NCBI GenBank assembly: GCA_963709585.1
Contig: CAVPXI010000006.1
Coordinates: 32,001 to 96,000, forward strand
Source: Candidatus Dormiibacterota bacterium
Lineage (GTDB): Bacteria > Chloroflexota > Dormibacteria > Aeolococcales > Aeolococcaceae
Length of the DNA: 64,000 nucleotides
Direction of reading: 5' to 3'
The notes below the pieces were generated by a model. The model did not search any database. It was given only the letters and a program-made list of their open reading frames with translations, and was not told the DNA's origin. Position numbers and translations under genes: made by a program. Shown here in pieces: positions 37,811 through 47,186 of this stretch (position 1 is the first letter of the stretch; every line of letters begins with the position of its first letter).

Positions 37811-38385
37811 GGACGCACGCTGCGGCGCAACCACGCGCCGTCGACACCATCGACCTCGCGCAGGCGCACGAAGACGCGATCACCGAGTGCAGTCGGAACG
37901 TTCTTGCCGACATAGGTGGCGCGCAGCGGCAGCTCGCGATGGCCCCGGTCGATCAGCGCGAGCACCTCGACGGCGGCGGGACGTCCGCAGTCGACCAGGG
38001 CGTCGAGCGCCGCCCGAATCGTCCGGCCGGTGAAGAGCACGTCGTCCACCACGATCACCACCGAGCCGTCGATCCGCGGCGCGCAGCCGCCATCGACCTC
38101 GTCGAGGGCCGAATGCGGCGCCGCCGGGCGCGGGCGGTCATCGCGATGCGCGCTCGGGTCGAGTGCGGCCACGGGTGGGGCCGTGTGACCCAGGTTCGCG
38201 AGTTGGCGCGCCACCGCGCGAGCCAGCGGGACACCGCGGGTGGGGATGCCCACGAGCACCACGCTGTCCAGCGCCGGATGGCGCTCGGCGATCTCGTGCG
38301 CGAACCGCACGGTGATGCGCTGCACCGCGGCGGCGTCGAGCAGCTGCGGACTGTCGTCGAGCGGGTGCGCGAGGCCGGTCACCAC
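37807..38385 (-). CDS. pyrR: Pyrimidine regulator / uracil PRTase
   Basis: AHEIAE, GIPTRG, VVDDVLFTGRTIRAAL, DRGHRELP, VGKNVPT. Confidence 0.93.
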   Translation of the reverse strand: MVTGLAHPLDDSPQLLDAAAVQRITVRFAHEIAERHPALDSVVLVGIPTRGVPLARAVARQLANLGHTAPPVAALDPSAHRDDRPRPAAPHSALDEVDGGCAPRIDGSVVIVVDDVLFTGRTIRAALDALVDCGRPAAVEVLALIDRGHRELPLRATYVGKNVPTALGDRVFVRLREVDGVDGAWLRRSVRP

Positions 38386-38392
38386 GGCTCCG

Positions 38393-39322
38393 TCATGCGA
38401 GCAGCATCTCGAGCAGCGCCATCCTGATGGCGACGCCGTTTGCCGCCTGGCGGAAGTAGGCTGCACGCGGATCGGCATCCACCTCCGGCGCGATCTCGTC
38501 AACCCGCGGCAACGGATGCATCACGATCGCGGTCGCGGGCAGCTGTCGCATGATCGCTCCGTCGATGCGGATCGCAGTCCGGGCCTGCTCGTACTCGAGG
38601 GGATCGGTGAAGCGCTCCTTCTGCACCCGCGTTTGGTAGACGACGTCGACGTCGTCGAGCACGTCGGTGAGCTGTTCGGCGAGCCGGCACTCGACCCCTC
38701 GAGCCTCGAGCCGCTCGAGGATGTCGCCGCCCACCTGGATCACCGCCGGGGCGACAAAGGCAAGGCGCACCCCGGGGTAGAGCGCGAGCAGCAGGGCGAG
38801 CGAACGCGCGGTCCTGCCGAAGCGAAGGTCGCCGCAGAAGGCGACGCGCACCCCCTCGACGTGTCCGAGCTCGCGCTCGATGGTGTAGAGGTCGAGCAAG
38901 GCCTGGGTCGGATGCTCGCCCGGCCCGTCCCCCGCATTGACGACCGGTACCGAAGCGACACTCGCCGCTCGCGCCGCGGCGCCGGCCTGGTCATGGCGCA
39001 GCACGATCAGGTCGGCGTACGTCGACACCATGCGCACCGTGTCCTCGAGCGTCTCGCCCTTGATCGCGCTCGAGAACGCGTGCGCCGCCTCGGTCCCGAT
39101 CACCGAGCCGCCGAGCCGGAGCATCGCCGATTCAAAGCTCAACCGGGTCCGCGTGCTCGGCTCGTAGAAGAGTGTGGCCATGACCCGGTGCGCGAGGCGG
39201 TCGTCACGCACCCCGGCCAGGGCGGTGGCGCGCCGAAAGATGACGTCGAGCAGCTCGCGATCGAACTGCTCGGCGGTGATCACGTGGCCGAGCATCCGGT
39301 TTGGCGCGGTGGTTGCCGTCAT
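38393..39322 (-). CDS. pyrB: Aspartate carbamoyltransferase catalytic subunit
   Basis: FYEPSTRTRLSF, KGETLEDT, NAGDG.GEHPTQALLD, RVQKER, MHPLPR. Confidence 0.97.
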   Translation of the reverse strand: MTATTAPNRMLGHVITAEQFDRELLDVIFRRATALAGVRDDRLAHRVMATLFYEPSTRTRLSFESAMLRLGGSVIGTEAAHAFSSAIKGETLEDTVRMVSTYADLIVLRHDQAGAAARAASVASVPVVNAGDGPGEHPTQALLDLYTIERELGHVEGVRVAFCGDLRFGRTARSLALLLALYPGVRLAFVAPAVIQVGGDILERLEARGVECRLAEQLTDVLDDVDVVYQTRVQKERFTDPLEYEQARTAIRIDGAIMRQLPATAIVMHPLPRVDEIAPEVDADPRAAYFRQAANGVAIRMALLEMLLA

Positions 39323-39329
39323 GGCGCTT

Positions 39330-39415
39330 CGCCCTCCAGCCCGGGCGGGTTCGGGCAAGGGCGGCCGCGCGGCGGCTCTGCGATCCCTTGCCGGCCTCTC
39401 CGGACCTGCTTGAAG
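39330..39415 (-). promoter_or_regulatory. PyrR-binding RNA element (pyr leader attenuator)
   Basis: The minus strand reads CTTCAAGCAGGTCCGGAGAGGCCGGCAAGGG, matching the PyrR binding-loop consensus, followed by the complementary CCCTTGCC and a hairpin covering the GGAGG RBS. Confidence 0.85.
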
Positions 39416-39452
39416 TGGATGCGTTTCGCGGACTCTACCTTAGAGTGTCGTC

Positions 39453-39677
39453 ATGGCACTCGGTGATGCGGGCAAGCTGCTCCTGATCGCCGGCGCGGTG
39501 ATCCTGGTCCTCGGTGGCGTGCTCGTGCTCCTGACGCGCATCGGGGTCACCCAGCTGCCGGGGAGCATCTCGGTGAGCAACGGCAGCTTCTCGTTCTTCT
39601 TCCCAGTGGCGTTCTGCGTCGTGGTCAGCGTGGTGCTGACCTTGGTCATCAACCTGATCCTCCGTCTGCGTCAGTAG
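39453..39677 (+). CDS. DUF2905-like small membrane protein
   Basis: GKLLLIAG...LPG.I....F.FFFPVA.C...SVVLTL. Confidence 0.8.
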   Translation: MALGDAGKLLLIAGAVILVLGGVLVLLTRIGVTQLPGSISVSNGSFSFFFPVAFCVVVSVVLTLVINLILRLRQ

Positions 39678-39687
39678 CGGGCCGGCG

Positions 39688-40611
39688 ATGACCGACGCCT
39701 CGTCGAAGGATCTGACCATCACGCCCGACGGCGCATTCTCCCTGTCGGCAGCGGCAAGCTTCGGGTTCGGTCCGAACACGGGGCGACCCAGGCCGGACGG
39801 AAACTCGATGTCGCTGGCATTCGTCGCCGACGACCTCGTGCATCATGCCGCCGCGTCCCTCACACAGGATGCACAGGGCGTGGTCCATTGCCGGGTCTTC
39901 GGTGAGGCGGACCCCGGTCAGGTCGTCGACCAGGTGCGCCGGGTGCTCTCGCTGGACCACTCCGGGTCGGCGTGGGCCGAGGTCGGTGGCCGCGATCCCG
40001 TGATCGGCCGGCTCCAGACCGAGCTTCCCGGGCTGCGTCCGGTGCTGTTCCATTCACCCTACGAAGCGGCCGCGTGGTCGATCCTTAGCCAGCGCAGGCA
40101 CCGGACCCAGGCGACCGCGGTGCGAAAGCGGCTCTCGGCTGCCCACGGCCGGGTGTTCACGCTGGCGAGTGGCGACCTCGAGGCCTTCCCCACACCGGCT
40201 GCGCTGCTCGGGGTCGATTCCTTTCCCAGCCTGGAGCCGCAGCGCATCGACCGCCTCCACTCGGTCGCTCGCGCCGCCCTCGAAGGATTGCTCGACCCGG
40301 CCCGGCTCCTCGCCATGGCGCCGGAGGAGGCGATGGCAGCGCTGCAACAGCTCCCCGGGGTCGGGCCGATGTACGCCGGGTTGATCCTGCTGCGATCCAC
40401 CGGGGCGACCGACATCCTCACGCTCGGCGAGCCGCGCCTCGCGTCCTACATCAGCCACTTCTACGGGCTGGCCACCACCGCTAATCGTGAACAGATCTCG
40501 ACACTCGCGGAGGCCTGGCGCCCCTTCCGAACCTGGGCGAGCGTGCTCATCCGCGTCGCCGGCGACCGCGACGGGGTGGCCTGGGGGTCTCAGACCGGCG
40601 GCGGCAGGTAG
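39688..40611 (+). CDS. AlkA-like HhH-GPD DNA-3-methyladenine glycosylase
   Basis: PGLRP, PYEAAAWSILSQ, FPTP, HhH LPGVGP, AEAWRPFRTWA. Confidence 0.85.
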   Translation: MTDASSKDLTITPDGAFSLSAAASFGFGPNTGRPRPDGNSMSLAFVADDLVHHAAASLTQDAQGVVHCRVFGEADPGQVVDQVRRVLSLDHSGSAWAEVGGRDPVIGRLQTELPGLRPVLFHSPYEAAAWSILSQRRHRTQATAVRKRLSAAHGRVFTLASGDLEAFPTPAALLGVDSFPSLEPQRIDRLHSVARAALEGLLDPARLLAMAPEEAMAALQQLPGVGPMYAGLILLRSTGATDILTLGEPRLASYISHFYGLATTANREQISTLAEAWRPFRTWASVLIRVAGDRDGVAWGSQTGGGR

Positions 40612-41057
40612 CGGCCGCGGGCGATCCGTCCGCCGGACACGTCGAACGCCCACGTCCCCCCCTTGGCCCACTGCATGCCGCCGCGCATCGGCACGTGGGC
40701 GTCGGCCAGGCTGGTCACGATCGACGCCATGACGTCACCGTGGGTGCAGAGGACCGACCCGGGGGTTGACGCGAGCTCGGCCAGGGCCCATCCCGGGTCG
40801 GCGCCCTCGGCAAGGCGATCGTCCTCGTGCACGCGGATGCCGAGCGCCTCAGCGAGCGGCGCGACGGTCTCCACGCAGCGGACGTATGAGCTCGACGTGA
40901 CAGCGCGCGTGCCCGGTCCGAGCAAGCGCACCAGGGCGGCTGCCTGGAGCCGTCCCGCCGCGGTCAGCGGCCGGCCGCGATCCGGCGCAGTCCAGCGCTC
41001 ACGTGACCCCGCCTTGGCGTGGCGGACGAGGAAGCTCGTGTGCTCATCGCCAGGCAC
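40590..41057 (-). CDS. SixA-like histidine phosphatase (start uncertain)
   Basis: LVRHAKA, RPLT..GR.QA, SS..RC.ET, LCTHG, KGG. Confidence 0.85.
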   Translation of the reverse strand: MPGDEHTSFLVRHAKAGSRERWTAPDRGRPLTAAGRLQAAALVRLLGPGTRAVTSSSYVRCVETVAPLAEALGIRVHEDDRLAEGADPGWALAELASTPGSVLCTHGDVMASIVTSLADAHVPMRGGMQWAKGGTWAFDVSGGRIARGRYLPPPV

Positions 41058-42501
41058 CGGACCACCCTTGCTCGACGCGCTTCCAGACCGCCGGCCACCC
41101 GCGGCGAGCCTGCTCCGCGGCGTCGCGCTGGAGCGCGACAAGCTCCCCGGCGGCGAAGAGCGCCGTCTCGTGAACCCGGGGTGCGGCTGACCGTTCGCGC
41201 AGCCAGGCCTCGGCAACCACGGCATCGTGGAGCTCGCCGAGCACCTCCTGGAGGGCCGCGACCTCCCGCGCGAACTTCGCCGCGTTCTTCCCCGTCGCCG
41301 CCGCTGCAGCCTCGGCCGCGTAGCGGCACCGCTTCGCGCGGATGCGCAGGTCGTGGAGCTGCTCGTCGGGCACGTCGCCACCCGCGGCGATCGCGCCCGA
41401 CTTGAGCGATCGCCAGGGCTTGCGCACCAGCCCGGGGAGCACCTCGCGCGCCGGGGACGACGCCATCTCGGTGAGGACGGGGGTCCGGGCGGCCGCGACC
41501 AGGTGGTCGATCACCTCGATGTACCGGTCGGCGTCGATCGCGACGAGGAGATGGCGGCGAGCGGAGCGCACCTGCCCGACCAGCGGAGCGACGATCGCCA
41601 GCGCCGATCGGCGGTCCGAGGCCGGAAGCGTCGTGGCTGCCGCTTTCAGGCGATCGCGAAGTACCTCGGCGTCGCGGACCCTGCCGAGCTCGCCGCCGAC
41701 CCAGCGAAGATCGTCACGCAGTGCTTCGGCCCACGCCTCGTCGAGGAGGGGCCGGAACGTGCGCAGATCGCTGCGCAGACGGCGGGTGGCGACGCGCGCC
41801 TGGTGGACATCCTCGGCGTCGACTCCGAGCCGGACACCCGGATCGTGACGGAGGAGGCGGATGACCGACGTGCTCAGGGCGCGCCGCACCACGTCCCCGG
41901 CGGTCGCCGCACCGCCGAGGGTGACCGAGGCGATCTCCGGCGGGGGTATGCCCACGAGCCCGAGGGCTCGCGCGACCGAGGCTCGGGGACGCGCCGGCTG
42001 GGCGCCCGCAGCCTGGTACCGAGCGGCGATAAGGTCGAGCACCGGGCCGTTGTCGCTGAACAGGTCGATCTCGCGAAACCGCTGGGTGATCCGAGGACCC
42101 GAGTACACCGAGACGGTGTCGTCGACGAGACGTGCGATCACCGCCCCCTCGGCGTCGAGCAGCACGGTCTCGCCGGTCACGGTGACCAGACGGGCGACGA
42201 GCTCGACGGGCGCCCGGCGCGCATAGGCGCGAACCAGCTGGAGCGCCCGTTCCGGGGGACGCTCCGCAGCGCCCTCGAAATGCAGCTCGGCCCCGTCCGG
42301 CGCGGCCATCCCTTCGCTCGTGGCGGGCAGCCGCAGGACCCAGCCCGGGTCCGCCGAGTGCTCCAACGAGACGCCCCAGCGCGCCAGGCGGAGGTCGGCG
42401 GTGTCCCAGTGCGTGGTCCGCTGCCTTCGCACCGGCTCGGCGACGACCGCAGCGGAGGCGTCGAGGCCGTCGAGGGGCTCCGGCGAGAACGTGATCGGCA
42501 C
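41044..42501 (-). CDS. CYTH plus CHAD domain polyphosphate-binding protein (start uncertain)
   Basis: WDTADLRLAR, DDTV, FREI; CHAD VHQARVATRRLRS, LGRVRDAEV, LHDLRIRAKRCRY, LQEVLGELHD. Confidence 0.88.
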   Translation of the reverse strand: MPITFSPEPLDGLDASAAVVAEPVRRQRTTHWDTADLRLARWGVSLEHSADPGWVLRLPATSEGMAAPDGAELHFEGAAERPPERALQLVRAYARRAPVELVARLVTVTGETVLLDAEGAVIARLVDDTVSVYSGPRITQRFREIDLFSDNGPVLDLIAARYQAAGAQPARPRASVARALGLVGIPPPEIASVTLGGAATAGDVVRRALSTSVIRLLRHDPGVRLGVDAEDVHQARVATRRLRSDLRTFRPLLDEAWAEALRDDLRWVGGELGRVRDAEVLRDRLKAAATTLPASDRRSALAIVAPLVGQVRSARRHLLVAIDADRYIEVIDHLVAAARTPVLTEMASSPAREVLPGLVRKPWRSLKSGAIAAGGDVPDEQLHDLRIRAKRCRYAAEAAAAATGKNAAKFAREVAALQEVLGELHDAVVAEAWLRERSAAPRVHETALFAAGELVALQRDAAEQARRGWPAVWKRVEQGWSGAWR

Positions 42502-42544
42502 CTCGAGACGGAGCCCGTGCGCAACTCGGCCCCCGCCGCAGTGG

Positions 42545-44659
42545 TCACTTCGCGACGCGCTCGACCGCGAGCCGGTGCAGCTCCTCCTGGGCATCGAGAC
42601 CGCATACGGTCGGGACCTTGTGCCAGCTCCCGTCCGCCTGAAGCTCGGAAGCAAGCACATCGTCGGCGAGGAGCACCTCCACGACCTCGGCGAGCCGTGC
42701 CTGCAGGCGGGGGTCGATCACCGGCACCACCGTCTCGATTCTCCCGTCGAGGTTGCGCCCCATCAGATCCGCCGACCCGATGTACCAGCGGTCGTCGCCG
42801 AAGTGGTAGATCCGGGAGTGCTCGAGGTAGCGCCCGACAAGCGAGCGCACCCAGATGTTCTCGGACATCCCGGCGATCCCCGGACGCACCCCGCAGGAGC
42901 TGCGCACGATGAGGTCGATCCGCGCCCCGGCGCTCGACGCCGCATAGAGCGCTTCGATGACTTCGGGGTCAATGAGGTGGTTGCACTTGATGATGATCCG
43001 GCCGGTGCCGTGAGTCTGGGTGCGAATGAGCTCGACGATCCCGCTGCGCAACGTGACCGGGGCCACGAGCAGGCGCCGGTACTGACGCTGGCGGCTGTAG
43101 CCGGTCAGATAGTTGAACAGGTCGGTCAGGTCCTCACCGAGCTCCGGGTCGGACGAGAGCAGGCCGATGTCCTCGTAGAGGCGGGCGGTCTGTTGGTTGT
43201 AGTTCCCGGTGCCCATGTGGCAGTAGCGGCGGATCCCGGTGCCGGTGCGTCGGACGACCAGCGTGGCCTTGGCGTGCGTCTTGAGGCCGACCACGCCGTA
43301 GACGACGTGGACGCCTGCCTTTTCGAGCTCGGCCGCCCAGGTGATGTTCGCCTCCTCGTCGAAGCGGGCCGTCAACTCGACGAGCGCGACCACCTGCTTG
43401 CCGGACTCGGCGGCGCGGATGAGGGAGCGGACGATCGGGCTGTCCGGACCCGAGGTTCGGTACAGCGTCTGCTTGATGGCGAGCACGTCGGGATCGCTCA
43501 CCGCCTGGTCGACGAAGGCCTCCACGCTGCTCGCGAAGGACTCGTACGGATGGTGGACCAGGACGTCTCCTGCGTCGATCGCGCGGAAGATGTCCACCTC
43601 GCCCTCGTCGCCCGGGGGCTTGGCGAGAGCCGGCGGGATCACCGGGGCGGGAAGGCGCTCCTTGAGATCGGGCCGGTTCAGCTCGTACAGGCCCCACAGG
43701 CCGCTGAGATCGAGGGGCCCGGCGACCGTGTAGACGTCCTCGCCGGAGAGCTCGAGCTCGCGCATCAGCAGCCGCTTGACCTCCTCGGACATGGTGTCGT
43801 CGATCTCGAGGCGCACGACCTGAGGCGAGCGGCGCCGGCGGCGGAGGTACTCCTGGACAGCGGTGCGCAGGTCCTCGGCCTCCTCCTCCTCGAGCGCCGG
43901 GTCGGCGTTGCGGGTCACCCGGAACGGGAATTGACCGATAACTCGCATGCCGGGGAACAACCGATCGAGGTGCGCGGCGATCACCTGCTCCACGGGGACG
44001 AAGCGTTCGCCGTCCGGCATGACCACGAATCGAGGCAGGAGCGGGGGAACCTTGACGCGTGCGATCCGCTGCTCGCTGCCTCGGGGCGCGCCCACGACGA
44101 CGGCCAGGTTCAGGGACAGGTCGCTGATGTAAGGGAACGGATGCGCCGGGTCCACCGCGAGCGGCGTGAGGACTGGGAAGATCCGCTCCTCGAAGACCGA
44201 GTCGACGTTCTCGCGGTCGCCAAGGTCGAGCGAGCCGTAGTTCGAGAAGCGGAGTCCGACCTCACCGAGACGTTCCACGATGGCCCGGAACGCGCGCATC
44301 TGCCGGGCTGTGAGGTCGATGGCGCGACGCTGGATCTCGGAGAGCTGCTCGTCCACCGTCATCCCGTCGGGGCTCAGCGCGGCAACACCGGCTCGACGCT
44401 GCTCGATCAGTCCGCCGACTCGGACCTGAAAGAACTCGTCGAGATTGCTGCTCGAGATGGCGAGGAACTTCGCCCGCTCGAGCAGCGCACGCGCGCTGTC
44501 CTCGGCGAGCTCGAGCACGCGGGTATCGAAGTCGAGCCAGCTGAGGTGCCGGTTGATGTACCGATGCCGGCCGCCGAGGTCGGCGGCATGGTTGGGTCCC
44601 CGATCCCGGACTCGACCCGGTGCCTCGTCGCGCGCCCGCTCACGCTCGGAGAGCGCCAT
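42545..44659 (-). CDS. ppk1: Polyphosphate kinase 1
   Basis: SNLDEFF.VR, HPFPYIS, HHPYESF, ELTARFDEE.N, KTHAK, TGNYN, RYLEHSR, GSADLM.RN. Confidence 0.97.
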   Translation of the reverse strand: MALSERERARDEAPGRVRDRGPNHAADLGGRHRYINRHLSWLDFDTRVLELAEDSARALLERAKFLAISSSNLDEFFQVRVGGLIEQRRAGVAALSPDGMTVDEQLSEIQRRAIDLTARQMRAFRAIVERLGEVGLRFSNYGSLDLGDRENVDSVFEERIFPVLTPLAVDPAHPFPYISDLSLNLAVVVGAPRGSEQRIARVKVPPLLPRFVVMPDGERFVPVEQVIAAHLDRLFPGMRVIGQFPFRVTRNADPALEEEEAEDLRTAVQEYLRRRRRSPQVVRLEIDDTMSEEVKRLLMRELELSGEDVYTVAGPLDLSGLWGLYELNRPDLKERLPAPVIPPALAKPPGDEGEVDIFRAIDAGDVLVHHPYESFASSVEAFVDQAVSDPDVLAIKQTLYRTSGPDSPIVRSLIRAAESGKQVVALVELTARFDEEANITWAAELEKAGVHVVYGVVGLKTHAKATLVVRRTGTGIRRYCHMGTGNYNQQTARLYEDIGLLSSDPELGEDLTDLFNYLTGYSRQRQYRRLLVAPVTLRSGIVELIRTQTHGTGRIIIKCNHLIDPEVIEALYAASSAGARIDLIVRSSCGVRPGIAGMSENIWVRSLVGRYLEHSRIYHFGDDRWYIGSADLMGRNLDGRIETVVPVIDPRLQARLAEVVEVLLADDVLASELQADGSWHKVPTVCGLDAQEELHRLAVERVAK

Positions 44660-45333
44660 CAGCCGAGCTCCTCGATCGCGCCGGAGTTGAGGAAGACCAG
44701 GTCCTCCGCGATGTTGGTGACTCGATCGGCGATGCGCTCGAGATGGTGGGCGATGAACACGAGATTGGTCGCCCGGAAGACCGTGGTGTTGTCCTCGGTC
44801 ATCATCTGGATCAGGTCGTCGAACAGCCGGTGGTAGATGCGGTCGACCCGGTCGTCGCCGGCGGCGATGCGACGCGCCTGGAGGACGTCGCGCGAAACCA
44901 CGGCGGCGAGGATGCCGCGCACCTGGTCGCTGCAGTAGGCGGCCATCTTGGGGACATCGACGTAGGTCTCCAGGGGCGGCAGATCAGCCAGGTTGCGGGC
45001 GAGCTTGGCGATGCTCACGCAGTGGTCGCCCATGCGCTCCAACTCCGAGGACATGTTGAGCAAGCCGATGATCTCGCGAAGCTCGCGCGGCTGCGGGCTC
45101 TGGTTAGCGATGAGCGAGAAGGAGATCTCGCGCAGCTCGCGCTGACGGTCGTTGACCAGCGCGTCCTCCGCGATGACGCGCGCGCACAGGCTCACGTCCC
45201 GCTCGGCGAGGCCGCTGGTCGCCTGGGTGATGGCGGTATCCACAAGCTCGCCCATCTCCGCGACGATGCTTCGCAGGTGGGTCAGCTCCTCCCCGAGCGT
45301 GGGGTGATGCGGGTGCAGCAATGGCTCGCTCAT
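44659..45333 (-). CDS. phoU: Phosphate signalling protein PhoU
   Basis: ELERMGDH..SIA, DD.VD..Y, HLERIAD..TNIAE. Confidence 0.93.
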   Translation of the reverse strand: MSEPLLHPHHPTLGEELTHLRSIVAEMGELVDTAITQATSGLAERDVSLCARVIAEDALVNDRQRELREISFSLIANQSPQPRELREIIGLLNMSSELERMGDHCVSIAKLARNLADLPPLETYVDVPKMAAYCSDQVRGILAAVVSRDVLQARRIAAGDDRVDRIYHRLFDDLIQMMTEDNTTVFRATNLVFIAHHLERIADRVTNIAEDLVFLNSGAIEELG

Positions 45334-45437
45334 CTCCAAGGACTCTAATGTCCCCTGCGGGCCACCATCACATCCGCCCCGCACCATAGCCATTTCACAA
45401 TCGCTTTGCGCCTCGGGGTCACCGCATACTCGCAGTC

Positions 45438-45647
45438 GTGCAGCGAGTCGCATCGGCGAACTTGGACAAGATCGACGCGGTCGACGGCCTGCGCCGCCAG
45501 GTTGCAACCATCGAGGCGCTCATGTTCGCCTGCGATGCGCCTCCGATCCTGATCACGCTCGTCGAGGACCTCTACCAGTCGATCGACCGTTTGGAGACTC
45601 GGGCCCCCTCGTTCGATCAGCCGCCGTCTCTGCAGAGCGCAGGCTGA
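45438..45647 (+). CDS. Putative small helical protein divergent from phoU
   Basis: GTG 7 nt after CATACT; amphipathic LDKIDAVDGLRRQVATIEALMF...LVEDLYQSIDRLE; overlaps the low-complexity ppx tail. Confidence 0.5.
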   Translation: MQRVASANLDKIDAVDGLRRQVATIEALMFACDAPPILITLVEDLYQSIDRLETRAPSFDQPPSLQSAG

Positions 45648-47118
45648 GGGTTCGCCCCAGGCGGGTGCGGAAGCGGCGGGTCAGGTCGTCGGGCTCCCAG
45701 GTGTAAGGAAGGCCGGTTGAGACCACGACCCGGTTGCGGCGGTCGTCGTAGCGGTAGGTCGGGGGGCCTCCACCGTCGACACGGCGGTCGAGCTCGTCGG
45801 CGAGTTCGAGGATGACCGCGAGCCGGTCGATGCGCTTGATGTCATCTCGGGTGCAGAGCCGCGCATACCGTGGGAGGTTGCTCCGTGCCTTGCCCAGGCG
45901 GGCGAGGGTCGTGGCGATCAGGGCCACCTCGCGGTGGGTGAAGCCCTGGAGGTCGGCCGAGGCGGTCACCCCCGCGGCGTGGCTCCAGCGGTCGTAGTAG
46001 TTGATGCTCTGGCCGACGTCGAGCAGCGTGGTGGCGTGATCGAGCACCTCGCGCATCTCGGCGGGCATGGTCGGATCGGCGACGCCGAGGATGGCTCGGG
46101 TCATCTCGACGCGCCGGGCTGCCCTGTGCTCGTCCCAGGTCGAGAACCGCGATGCCAGCGCGGTCACCGACGCGCGCCGGACCTGCCAGACCTCGGGCAG
46201 CGGCAGGTTCAACTCCGCCAGTGCGATGCCTTCGCGCAGCCCATGCCCGGAGACCATGAGGCTGCGGGCACCCAGTGCGTCCATGGCGGCGATGACCACC
46301 AGCGCGCCGCCGGCGATCGAATCCGCCCGGTCGGTGGAGAGTCCCGGCACGGTGCGCAGCGACGAGCGGTTCCGGGTGGTCAGCCGCGTGGTGAGCTCGC
46401 GGACCTCGCGCCGCTGCAGGACGTACCCGTCGACCCGGGCGATCGGATGGGCGACCGATCGCATGTGGATCTTGGCGAGGTTCCGCACCGTGCCTCCGGT
46501 GCCGACCATGCCGCCGCCCTCGGGAAGGACCGGAACCCCGGCATCGCTCAGGGTCTGACTCACGTGGTCGCGCAGCGCCGCCATCTCCGAGGGTCGCGGC
46601 GGGTCGCTGGCGAGGAACTGGTCGGTCGCGACCAGCGAGCCGAGCTCGAAGGTCCACCAGCGGAGGGTCCGCCGGCGCTCGAAGTAGGCGAGCTCGAAGC
46701 TCCCGCCACCGACATCCACCAGGTAGCCGCTGTCGATCGGCAGGCCGTGGACGGCTCCCAGAAACGCGTATCGCGCCTCCTCCTCGCCATCGATGACCTT
46801 GATCGCCAGCCCGGTGTCGGCCTCCAGCCTGGCGAGCACGCTGTCGCGGTTGGTCGCGGTGCGGATCGCCGCGGTCGCCACCGCGACGGTGCGATCGGCG
46901 CCGGCCGCGGCAGCCACCGCTTGGAAGTCGCGCACCGCGGCAACCGCCTCGGTGATCGCGCTCGCCTCGAGCCGGCCGCGCGCGTCGATGTGGCGCGCGA
47001 GCTGGAGCGACGTTCGCGCGTCGGCAATGATGTCGAGCTGGCCAGATGCGTCAAGGCGCAGCACCGCGATCCGGGCCGAGTTGGAGCCGATGTCGATGAC
47101 TGCGAGCGGAGATTCCAA
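45553..47118 (-). CDS. ppx: Ppx/GppA exopolyphosphatase
   Basis: VIDIGSNS, VATAAIR, GEEEA, DVGGGSFE, GTGGTVRN, RADSI, GLREG; TTG start after GGAGAGG. Confidence 0.92.
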   Translation of the reverse strand: MESPLAVIDIGSNSARIAVLRLDASGQLDIIADARTSLQLARHIDARGRLEASAITEAVAAVRDFQAVAAAAGADRTVAVATAAIRTATNRDSVLARLEADTGLAIKVIDGEEEARYAFLGAVHGLPIDSGYLVDVGGGSFELAYFERRRTLRWWTFELGSLVATDQFLASDPPRPSEMAALRDHVSQTLSDAGVPVLPEGGGMVGTGGTVRNLAKIHMRSVAHPIARVDGYVLQRREVRELTTRLTTRNRSSLRTVPGLSTDRADSIAGGALVVIAAMDALGARSLMVSGHGLREGIALAELNLPLPEVWQVRRASVTALASRFSTWDEHRAARRVEMTRAILGVADPTMPAEMREVLDHATTLLDVGQSINYYDRWSHAAGVTASADLQGFTHREVALIATTLARLGKARSNLPRYARLCTRDDIKRIDRLAVILELADELDRRVDGGGPPTYRYDDRRNRVVVSTGLPYTWEPDDLTRRFRTRLGRTLSLRSAETAADRTRGPESPNGRSTGRGPRRA

Positions 47119-47186
47119 GGCGACCCTCTCCCTGGTCCGTACTCGGTTGGGAGCGGCAAGTATAGGCAGGGCCAACTCCCGGGCCG

